This document shows, piece by piece, positions 29,444-36,915 of a stretch of DNA of 64,000 nt. Position 1 is the first letter of the stretch. Each line of letters opens with the position of its first letter. Below the pieces are notes generated by a model. It saw nothing but the letters and a program-made list of their open reading frames with translations, did no database searches and was not told the DNA's origin. A program made the position numbers and the translations under genes. Source of the DNA: Planctomycetota bacterium (lineage in GTDB: Bacteria > Planctomycetota > Brocadiia > JAADGH01); assembly GCA_040755855.1 (NCBI GenBank), contig JBFMAD010000002.1, forward strand, positions 160,001-224,000, in the 5' to 3' direction.

Positions 29444-30160
29444 CTAAATCTGGTAATCCACCTTCAGGGGGCGGGTATGGATGCCGCACTCCCCGCCGCA
29501 TTTGCTTGTGCCTATCCAGCGCCCTGCGCGCTCGTCGGCCCCGGTGGAGATATGGGTGCACGGCGCGCAACCGAGCGAGCGATACCCCTTGGCATAGAGC
29601 GGATTGACGGGCACCTGATGGATGGCGATGTACTGCCACACCTCGCGCTCGTACCAGATGAGGATGGGGTTGAGCTTGATGAGGCCCTCGTCGCGCTCCT
29701 CGACCTCCTGGAAGTCGGTCCGGGTGCGGCCCTCGGTGCAGCGCAGCCCCGTGACCCAGCACGCCACGTTCATCTCCTTGACGGCCTGTCGGGTGGGCTG
29801 GACCTTCAGGATGTCGCAGCATTGGTCGGGGTTCGTTCGGTAGAGCGCATCGGGGATGTCCTCATCATTCTTGAAAACCTGAATCTCCGGATACCGCCTG
29901 CACACGTCGCGCATGAACAGAACGGTCTCTCGCGGTTTGAACCGTGTGGTTACGACGAAGCCCCGGATTCGCGGGCTGACGCGCTTGGCCAGGTCCCACA
30001 CGACGACGGAGTCCTTCCCGAGGCTATTGGCCACCACCAATCGGTCGCCGTATGTCGCATGGGCGTCGCGGATCAGGTCCAGGGAGCGCTCCACCTTCTG
30101 GGCAAAGTTGAGGCTCTCCACCAAAGTTTTTACATCTTCTTGAACTATGTTCACTGCCAT
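29444..30160 (-). CDS. cysH: APS/PAPS reductase, [4Fe-4S] APS-reductase type
   Basis: SLGKDS, CC motif (DQCCDILK), GYRSLGCAPCT, ECGIH. Confidence 0.92.
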   Translation of the reverse strand: MAVNIVQEDVKTLVESLNFAQKVERSLDLIRDAHATYGDRLVVANSLGKDSVVVWDLAKRVSPRIRGFVVTTRFKPRETVLFMRDVCRRYPEIQVFKNDEDIPDALYRTNPDQCCDILKVQPTRQAVKEMNVACWVTGLRCTEGRTRTDFQEVEERDEGLIKLNPILIWYEREVWQYIAIHQVPVNPLYAKGYRSLGCAPCTHISTGADERAGRWIGTSKCGGECGIHTRPLKVDYQI

Positions 30161-30236
30161 GTCGTTTCTCCTTTTCTTTTTCCAAATCGTTATGCGTGGG
30201 TAAGTTTGCCGGCCTGCCCTCGACGTCCTGGGTCGT

Positions 30237-30788
30237 TCATGCCTCGACCACCGGACAGCCGGCGTGAGCGATTAAGTGATCCACCGGGGAGCCGAACAGC
30301 CGTCTCATCCACTGCGGTCTCTTTGACCTTGTCGTGACGATCAAAGTCGGGTTTTCGCGCCGGATTATCTCCAGACATTCGAGGGCAAATCGTCCCGTGA
30401 CCACGTGGGATTTCACCTGGATGCCGAGAGCTTTGGCCCTGCTCGTGATGGACTCCACAAGCGATTCTCCCTCCCGCTTGTGTTTCTTTAACAGATCGCT
30501 CTCGACGTCTTTCCTGATCCCCGAATAGGCGCCGACCTCCGTTCCCACCAAGTAACGGGCCAGGTTGACGTCCACGACGAAAACAACCGCCAGATGCCTT
30601 GCGGCCCTGGCCTTTTCGATGGCCAGGTCTATCGCCGTATCGGACTGCCGAAAGGTGGACAGGGCGAGAAAGACAGGGCTGGCGAGCGCGGGGCGCGTTG
30701 CGGCATGTGCGCCGGCGCCAATCAAGGCGAGATTTTCGCCGTGGCCCACGTCCAATGAGCCAGGTATTTCGAACGCTCCGAGTTCCAT
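30237..30788 (-). CDS. Universal stress protein (UspA family)
   Basis: AGGAGG RBS; LFGSPVDHLIAHAGCPVVEA C-terminus. Confidence 0.8.
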   Translation of the reverse strand: MELGAFEIPGSLDVGHGENLALIGAGAHAATRPALASPVFLALSTFRQSDTAIDLAIEKARAARHLAVVFVVDVNLARYLVGTEVGAYSGIRKDVESDLLKKHKREGESLVESITSRAKALGIQVKSHVVTGRFALECLEIIRRENPTLIVTTRSKRPQWMRRLFGSPVDHLIAHAGCPVVEA

Positions 30789-30816
30789 TGGGACCTCCTT
30801 CGTTCACTCCAGAAAA

Positions 30817-31134
30817 TCAGATGTGATACTCCGGCTGCTCGGCCAGATATCTCCGTTCCGCCAAGATCCCTTCGATCAACTCATAGTCTTCCGCAGTCAG
30901 GTCGGCCCGCACGGGGATGTGGGAGAGCGGATGCCTCAGCCTCCCCCAGGTTATTCTCTCCCACAATCTCTCGTGCCAGTAGTAGAGGACCAGGCGGAGG
31001 GAATGGAAGAAGATCGTGATGCCGCCGGTGGCCTTCCAGTTCCCCGTGACGAGGTAGGTGATGGCGCCGAGGATAACGATGCCCAGTATCCGCCATGAAA
31101 GTGATTTCGCCCACGCCCGCCGCCTTGTATCCAT
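30817..31134 (-). CDS. DUF2061-like small membrane protein
   Basis: RAWAKSLSWRILG..LYYWHERLWERITWG. Confidence 0.85.
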   Translation of the reverse strand: MDTRRRAWAKSLSWRILGIVILGAITYLVTGNWKATGGITIFFHSLRLVLYYWHERLWERITWGRLRHPLSHIPVRADLTAEDYELIEGILAERRYLAEQPEYHI

Positions 31135-31136
31135 AT

Positions 31137-31161
31137 AAATTCGACCGATATACTTGACTAT
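31137..31161 (-). promoter_or_regulatory. Putative Rrf2 (CymR/IscR-like) operator 2
   Basis: ATAGTCAAGTATATCGGTCGAATTT, 17/25 identical to box at 31652. Confidence 0.6.
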
Positions 31162-31190
31162 TAGGCCAAAATAAAAAACCGATGCGCCCC

Positions 31191-31643
31191 TTAGATCGTA
31201 TAGCTGGGCACGTAGCGAACGCGCCTCCGCTCCTCGTCCTCCAGAAGGTCGGCAAACGTCGTGCTATCATACACCTCCGAGATCGCCTGTTGAACCCTCT
31301 CCCACATCGGCAGGAAGACGCAGTCGCGGTGCAGCGGGCAACCCGATTTCTCCGCTCCACCCGAGACGCACTCCACCGGCCCGATGGGACCCTCCACAAA
31401 CCGAACGATTTCCCCCACTGTCAGACGTCTCGGCAGGTGTGCCAGGACATATCCCCCGCGGCTGCCCCGCTGCGACTCCACGAATCCGGCCTGTCTCAAT
31501 TCGTTCAAAATCACCTCGAGAAATCGTTTGGGAATCGCCTGCGCCTCCGCGATCTCCGCGATCGGGGCAGGTCCCTCATCGAGGCGCTTGGCCAGCTCGA
31601 AGATCGCCCGTATCGCATACTGACATTTTTGGGAAACAAGCAT
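31191..31643 (-). CDS. Rrf2 family regulator (CymR/IscR-like)
   Basis: YAIRAIFELA, IAEAQAIPKRFLEVIL, SQRGSRGGYVLA, three Cys, C-terminal SYTI. Confidence 0.95.
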   Translation of the reverse strand: MLVSQKCQYAIRAIFELAKRLDEGPAPIAEIAEAQAIPKRFLEVILNELRQAGFVESQRGSRGGYVLAHLPRRLTVGEIVRFVEGPIGPVECVSGGAEKSGCPLHRDCVFLPMWERVQQAISEVYDSTTFADLLEDEERRRVRYVPSYTI

Positions 31644-31651
31644 GTTGCACC

Positions 31652-31702
31652 ATAATCAACTAAATCAATCGGAATAGTAGCATATCCTTCGGGGTCTGTC
31701 AA
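31652..31702 (-). promoter_or_regulatory. Sigma70 promoter of Rrf2 gene overlapped by putative operator 1
   Basis: TTGACA(31702-31697)-17-TACTAT(31679-31674); box ATAATCAACTAAATCAATCGGAATA at 31652-31676. Confidence 0.7.
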
Positions 31703-31729
31703 GCACTTTTTAAAAAAAATTGTGAAGCC

Positions 31730-31754
31730 GCGGAAGTCTGGCGACTTCCGCTAC
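31730..31754. repeat. Single GTAG REP-like hairpin, copy 5
   Basis: GCGGAAGTCTGGCGACTTCCGCTAC. Confidence 0.85.
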
Positions 31755-31766
31755 AGTGCGGGGCCT

Positions 31767-32549
31767 TCACATCCTACCGAAGGGGCACAGGCGATTGATG
31801 CCGCAGAGGTGAGAGACGGCGGCGGCGGTCACGCCGAAGAAGTAATGGGGCTTGTTTCGTTCCTGGCAGCGAATAATGACATCGTCCGCCGTGTTCCAGA
31901 CCAGGGTGGTGCCGGTGAGCAGGACGGTGTCCACACAGTCCACCAGCTCCCCGCTACGGGTATTTGCGTCCCAGATTTCAGCGCCGAACCTTGTCTGGCC
32001 GATGTGCCGAGGCCGGAGGTCGGCAATTTTTACGTGGTCGGGACCAAGGGCGGCGCTGAGGTGTTCGGCGATGGCGGGATTATAGCCGACAAGACCGACT
32101 GTGGTTTTTCCGTGCGCCCTCAACAGGCTGTCGGCCATCTCCCGCCCGCACTTGTCCGGGTTGTCCTCCACACAATGCACCACTGCGCCAACCAGCTTGA
32201 AGTGCGCGCAGGCGGCATTCAGCGTGGCCAGAAGGATAGACCGCTGGTAGTTCGTGTCCAGCGGCAGGGACAGGACGCTCCGCAGCGACCCACGGAAGTG
32301 GGCTCGCGAGTCGGTGAATGCCTGGCCTCGGCTGCCCATAATATGGGCCTCGATGAGGTTCTCCTCCCCTGTAACGAGGGGCAGATCGGGGCGCGCAGTG
32401 TCGCCGATGGCCTGATTCCGGTCAAGGGGCTTCACCTCCAGCAGGACGTCCTCGCGCTCGAGATCATGCTCGGAGACGAGTTCCTTTAGCTTTTGGCGCG
32501 CCTGCTCAATCAGGCGCACGCCCTGAGTTGCCGTTGTCATTGTTGTCAT
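31767..32549 (-). CDS. DUF364 / Rossmann-like domain protein
   Basis: GQAFTD, ATLNA, VLLTGTTLVWNT, FFGVTAA..RLCP. Confidence 0.75.
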   Translation of the reverse strand: MTTMTTATQGVRLIEQARQKLKELVSEHDLEREDVLLEVKPLDRNQAIGDTARPDLPLVTGEENLIEAHIMGSRGQAFTDSRAHFRGSLRSVLSLPLDTNYQRSILLATLNAACAHFKLVGAVVHCVEDNPDKCGREMADSLLRAHGKTTVGLVGYNPAIAEHLSAALGPDHVKIADLRPRHIGQTRFGAEIWDANTRSGELVDCVDTVLLTGTTLVWNTADDVIIRCQERNKPHYFFGVTAAAVSHLCGINRLCPFGRM

Positions 32550-32732
32550 CCTTTTTCTGCCGATCCTCGACAGCGCAACTCTCTGATAATCAAGTACTTA
32601 CACCAAAGCGAGGTAAAACAAACCGCATGAGAATAAACCAGATGGCGAGAACAGCCACAACTGTAACGAGCGAAGAGAGTCCCATCGGGCGGATCCCTTG
32701 CGATAGGGCGGTTCCTCCCCCCATATAGGGAC

Positions 32733-32761
32733 ATTATAGCATACGTTTTCTTAAACGTCAA
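32733..32761 (-). promoter_or_regulatory. Near-consensus sigma70 promoter for DUF364 gene
   Basis: TTGACG-17 nt-TATAAT with TG extension. Confidence 0.75.
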
Positions 32762-32904
32762 AAAAATCCGCCTAATTTTATTTGCGCCTTTGATATTGAC
32801 GGATGGTTGCTTCTCCGTTATTGTATTGGCTGAAAGCCTGCATGTTTGGCCGCAGGCCCGCGCAACGATCTTCCGGCGCGCCATGCGTCGTACGGAGAGA
32901 GCAA

Positions 32905-33294
32905 ATGCCCATCAACGTCAAATGCCCGTATTGTGAAAAAACAATTTCAGCGCGCGACGAACTGGCGGGAAAGAGGGTGGATTGCCCGAGTTGCATGACG
33001 ATGCTGGACATCCCCGACGGACCGCGCCTGCCCGATTCGATGATCCCCATTGACGCCCTCTCGGCGGGGGGGCCGCCCCCAAGCTACTACATTGACGCCT
33101 GCCCCCACTGCGGGAAGGTCGTCTCCGCACCCGACCCGATCCGATGGGCCAGCGGCAACTGCCCCAACTGCAAGAACCCCCTCGGCCAGCAGCCGAAGCC
33201 GCAGGAGAAAAAGTCAAAGCAGCCGGCGACCGCGAACATCAAGGGAAAGGATCGCGCCCTTCCGCCGGTCGGCTTCGTCGGCGGAGTCTTCTGA
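32905..33294 (+). CDS. Small double zinc-ribbon protein
   Basis: CPYC, CPSC, CPHC, CPNC; GGAGA RBS; upstream TTGACG-17-TATTGT. Confidence 0.75.
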   Translation: MPINVKCPYCEKTISARDELAGKRVDCPSCMTMLDIPDGPRLPDSMIPIDALSAGGPPPSYYIDACPHCGKVVSAPDPIRWASGNCPNCKNPLGQQPKPQEKKSKQPATANIKGKDRALPPVGFVGGVF

Positions 33295-33390
33295 TTTTGG
33301 ATTGCTGATTTTGGATTTTGGCTTGCGGCAGCCCCGCTTCGGCCAATCCAAAATCACAAATCCAAAATCCAAAATCCAAAATCCAAAATT
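33293..33390. repeat. Inverted heptamer tandem arrays (GATTTTG)n / (CAAAATC)n between convergent genes
   Basis: Direct reading; same unit at 23161-23187, 23521-23555, 52980-53011, 54415-54447. Confidence 0.85.
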
Positions 33391-34411
33391 ACCTGACCTT
33401 CACCGTCTTCCCCGTCTTTACCGATTCCATCATCGCCAGGATCACCTTCGTCGCCGCCAGACCGTCCTCGCCGGTGACGTGCGGCTTTCGGTTCAGGCGG
33501 ACGCACTCGATGAAGTGCCGGATGCTCTCCACGGCGAACCCCTGCGTCTTGCCCTGAATCTCCGGCCGGCCAAAGACGTCGGGGAGGGTCACTTCCTTGT
33601 CGGTGAACTTCTGCACCGCCCGGTGGCTCACCACGTCGGACAGGATCGTGCCCTTGTCGCCGATCAGCTCCATCTGGAACGCGCAGACGCTGGGCATCCG
33701 CTCCGACATGATCCACCCGTTCTCGATGGCCACCACCGCGCCCTTCTTCATCTCCAGCGTGCTCATGAAAAAGTCGGGGGTGTTCTTGCCCAGCTTCTTG
33801 AGGACGCGCGAGCGGGCGACGGTGTAGACCCGGTCCACCTCGTCCTTGAAGATCCAGCGAACGAGGTCCACGCTGTGGCTGGCCAGGAACCAGAGCACCG
33901 ACGACCTGCCCGCCCACGCCAGCCAGTCGCGGGGGACCACGATCGTGTCGTTCAGCCGGAGCGACATGAACTGGAGCGTCCCCATCTCGCCGGACGCGAC
34001 GGCCTCCTTCACCCGGTGCATGCACGGGTTCCAGTGGTTGTGGAAGTCGCACATGAGCTTGACCTTGTTCCGCTTTGCTGCGGCGATGATCTTCTTGCAG
34101 TCGGCGACGGTCGTCGCCAGCGGCTTTTCAACCAGGATGTGCTTCCCGTTGTTCGCGGCGGCGACGGCGATGTCCGTGTGGGCAAAGTCGGGGGTGACGA
34201 TGGAGACGATATCAATCTCCGGGTCCGTCACTAACTCGCGGTAATCGCTGCACCACGACTTCGCGCCGTATTGCTTTGCCATCTTCCGCGCGCGGGCCTT
34301 GTTCAGGTCGCAGACCTTCACCAGGTCCACGTGCGGATGCTCGGCATAGGCCTTCAAGTGCGTCTCGCCCCAGATACCCAGCCCGACGATCCCAGCTCCA
34401 GTATTCGCCAT
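33389..34411 (-). CDS. Gfo/Idh/MocA oxidoreductase
   Basis: GIVGLGIWG, IVTPDFAH, GKHILVEKP, HSVDL. Confidence 0.93.
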   Translation of the reverse strand: MANTGAGIVGLGIWGETHLKAYAEHPHVDLVKVCDLNKARARKMAKQYGAKSWCSDYRELVTDPEIDIVSIVTPDFAHTDIAVAAANNGKHILVEKPLATTVADCKKIIAAAKRNKVKLMCDFHNHWNPCMHRVKEAVASGEMGTLQFMSLRLNDTIVVPRDWLAWAGRSSVLWFLASHSVDLVRWIFKDEVDRVYTVARSRVLKKLGKNTPDFFMSTLEMKKGAVVAIENGWIMSERMPSVCAFQMELIGDKGTILSDVVSHRAVQKFTDKEVTLPDVFGRPEIQGKTQGFAVESIRHFIECVRLNRKPHVTGEDGLAATKVILAMMESVKTGKTVKVR

Positions 34412-34427
34412 AGCCTCCCTCCTCCTC

Positions 34428-34570
34428 TCCTACTCTTACTCCTACTCCTACTCCTACTCTTAATCCTAATCCTAATCTTAATCCTAATCTCTCTCTCCAC
34501 TCTTTCTCTCCCCCGATCGAGATTAAGATTAGGATTAGGATTAGGATTACGATTAGGATTACGATTAGGA
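34428..34570. repeat. Inverted hexamer arrays (TCCTAC/TCCTAA)x10 and (GATTAG)x8
   Basis: Direct reading; the two arms are reverse-complementary around a pyrimidine-rich spacer. Confidence 0.9.
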
Positions 34571-34778
34571 TGAAAACGGCATCATTCCTCGCCGCCACTC
34601 CCCCCTTCCCCTCCGCCGGATTCTACCAGAGCCAGTCATGTCGCGCAAGGCCGAAAGCGACCGCCGCGGTTGTGGAGTGCGCAAGCCCTGCCGGAAATCG
34701 CTTGACATCTTTTTGGATATCCCACAAGATGATCTCACGAGACGAATGGGAGAGAAAACTACTGAAGGCTCTGCGAGC

Positions 34779-36401
34779 ATGACGCCCCAAGATGCCTCAA
34801 ATGCGGTCAATGTGCTCAACTGGGGCTTGAGACTGGCTCTCGTTCCGGCTGTGGTAGGCTTGGCATTCTTTGGCTGGGCTGTCTTCAAGGCTCGCAACGC
34901 GGCAGAGAAGTCCTACGATACTCCCGGCAGCGCCTGGAACAACATGGGCGCCGCCTACCACGAGAAGAAGGACTACGACAAGGCCATCGAGTGCTACCAG
35001 AAGGCCCTTGCGGAGGAGTCCTACGACACTCCCGGCTACGCCTGGTTCAACATGGGCCTCGCCTACCACGATAAGAAGGACTACGCCAAGGCTATCGAGT
35101 GCTACGAGAAGACCCTCGCGGAGAAGTCCTACGACACTCCTGGCAAGGCCTGGGTCAACATGGGCCTCGCCTACTACTATGACAAGGACTACGATAAGGC
35201 CATCGAGTGCTGCGAGAAGGCCCTTGCGGAGAAGTCCTACGACACTCCCGGCTACGCCTGGGTCAACATGGGCCTCGCCTACGCCAGTAAGAAGGACTAC
35301 GCCAAGGCCATCGAGTGCTACCAGAAGGCCCTCGCGGAGAAGAGCTTCGACACTCCCGGCAGCGCCTGGGCCAACATGGGCAACGCCTACGATGAGGAGA
35401 AGGACTACGACAAGGCCATCGAGTGCTACGAGAAGGCCCTCGCGGAGAAGTCCTACGACACTCCCGGCAAGGCCTGGTTCAAGATAGGCAACGCCTACCA
35501 CGAGAAGAAGAACCACGACAAGGCCATCGAGTGCTATCAGAAGACCCTTGCAGACAAAAACTTCGACGCACCCGGCGATGCCTGGAGCAACATGGGCCTG
35601 GACTACGCCGGGAAGAAGGACTACGACAGGGCCATCGAGTGCCACGAGAAGGCCCTTGCGGAGGAGTCCTACGACACTCCCGGCTACGCCTGGGACAACA
35701 TGGGCAACGCCTACGCCGGGAAGAAGGACTACGACAAGGCCATCGAGTGCTACGAGAAGGCCCTGGCGGAGAAGAGCTTCGACACTGCCGGCTACGCCTG
35801 GGTCAACATGGGCAACGCCTACGCCAGTAAGAAGGACTATGACAAGGCCATCCAGTGCTACGGGAAGGCCCTCGCGGAGGAGTCCTACGACACTCCCGGC
35901 TACGCCTGGGTCAACATGGGCGTTGCCTACGGCAAGAAGAGGAACTACGACCAGGCCATCGAGTGCTACGGAAAGGCCCTCGCGGAGAAGTCCTACGACA
36001 CTCCCGGCAAGGCCTGGTTCAACATGGGCCTCGCCTACCACTATAAGAAGGACTACGACAAGGCCATCGAGTGCTACGAAAAGGTCCTGGCGGACAAGAA
36101 CTACGAAACCCCCGCTGGTGCGTGGCACAACATGGGCCTCGCCTACGCCGGGAAGAAGGACTACGACAAGGCGATCGAGTGCTATGACAAGGCCCTCGCG
36201 GAGAAGAGCTTAGTCACACCCGGCATGGCCTGGTACAACAAGGCCTGCGCGTATGCACTGTGGGGCAAGAAGACGGAGATGCTTGATTCGTTGAAGAAGG
36301 CCATTGAGCTCGACCCGAAGTACAGGAAGAAGGCCTGCGAGGACGAGGAATTCAAGGCGTTCCGGGACGATGAGGATTTCAAGAAGCTGACGCAGGAGTA
36401 G
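34779..36401 (+). CDS. Membrane-anchored TPR protein with 12 near-identical 36-aa repeats and a TPR capping domain
   Basis: TM LALVPAVVGLAFFGWAVF; unit AEKSYDTPGxAWxNMGxAYxxKKDYDKAIECYEKAL; cap WYNKACAYAL..DEEFKAFRDDEDFKKL; start could be 34746 or 34638. Confidence 0.92.
   Translation: MTPQDASNAVNVLNWGLRLALVPAVVGLAFFGWAVFKARNAAEKSYDTPGSAWNNMGAAYHEKKDYDKAIECYQKALAEESYDTPGYAWFNMGLAYHDKKDYAKAIECYEKTLAEKSYDTPGKAWVNMGLAYYYDKDYDKAIECCEKALAEKSYDTPGYAWVNMGLAYASKKDYAKAIECYQKALAEKSFDTPGSAWANMGNAYDEEKDYDKAIECYEKALAEKSYDTPGKAWFKIGNAYHEKKNHDKAIECYQKTLADKNFDAPGDAWSNMGLDYAGKKDYDRAIECHEKALAEESYDTPGYAWDNMGNAYAGKKDYDKAIECYEKALAEKSFDTAGYAWVNMGNAYASKKDYDKAIQCYGKALAEESYDTPGYAWVNMGVAYGKKRNYDQAIECYGKALAEKSYDTPGKAWFNMGLAYHYKKDYDKAIECYEKVLADKNYETPAGAWHNMGLAYAGKKDYDKAIECYDKALAEKSLVTPGMAWYNKACAYALWGKKTEMLDSLKKAIELDPKYRKKACEDEEFKAFRDDEDFKKLTQE
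34902..36197 (+). repeat. 12 x 108-bp intragenic tandem repeat
   Basis: Exact 108-nt period, e.g. recurring GGACTACGACAAGGCCATCGAGTGCTAC. Confidence 0.95.
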
Positions 36402-36482
36402 GCGTCAGGCGGCGCCTGACGGATCGTGCGTCCCCAGGCAGAGCCGGGGGACGAGGTAAGGTAGAAGAGGCGTCCCGCCTCT

Positions 36483-36818
36483 TTCGATTGCGGAATGCGG
36501 AGTGTGGAATTCGGAATAAGAAAGCAGACGCTGATTAACGCAGATAAACACAGCAAGAAATTCTTCTGTGAAAATCAGCGTGAATCTGCGTCAACTCTCG
36601 ATCCCAAATCCGAAATCCGCAATCCCCAATCCGCAATCCGAAGCGGCACGATGCAGCTTCTACGTTGCGCCCGCGCCGCGCTCAAAGTCGTTCGACTCTT
36701 CCCTTCATCATTCGACATTCCTTGTTCAACATTCATCATTTCCCTCTTCGCGCCCTTCGTGTCTTTCGTGGTGGAGCCATTTCTTCCATCCTCCGCGTTC
36801 TCCGTGTCCTCTGTGGTG
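36483..36818. repeat. Mosaic of 7-mer and 9-mer short tandem repeat families, partly nested inverted
   Basis: (GCGGAAT)n..(AATCCGC)n enclosing GACGCTGATTAACGCAGAT..ATCAGCGTGAATCTGCGTC; then CATTCGA-, CTTCGTGTC- and CTCCGTGTC-type runs. Confidence 0.8.
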
Positions 36819-36840
36819 AGGGGATGAGGGGACTCCTGTC

Positions 36841-36869
36841 TTGACATCCCACCCCCGTTGCGATATTCT
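36841..36869 (+). promoter_or_regulatory. Putative sigma70 promoter
   Basis: TTGACA-17 nt-TATTCT. Confidence 0.65.
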
Positions 36870-36915
36870 ATCCGTCCGTTGTCGTGTCAACCGGACTCTC
36901 GCCAAGGCTGCATGG

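Noticed and set aside
34212..34598. ORFs with poly-Leu/Ile or Gly-Leu runs (34271-34573, 34212-34598)
   Set aside because: Translation artefacts of the hexamer arrays.
34902..36197. CRISPR array or diversity-generating retroelement in the 108-bp repeats
   Set aside because: Repeats are contiguous and in-frame with no unique spacers; no cas or reverse transcriptase gene; no separate template repeat.
36495..36847. Short ORFs across the repeat patchwork
   Set aside because: Low-complexity products of 7/9-mer repeats with no RBS or domain evidence.
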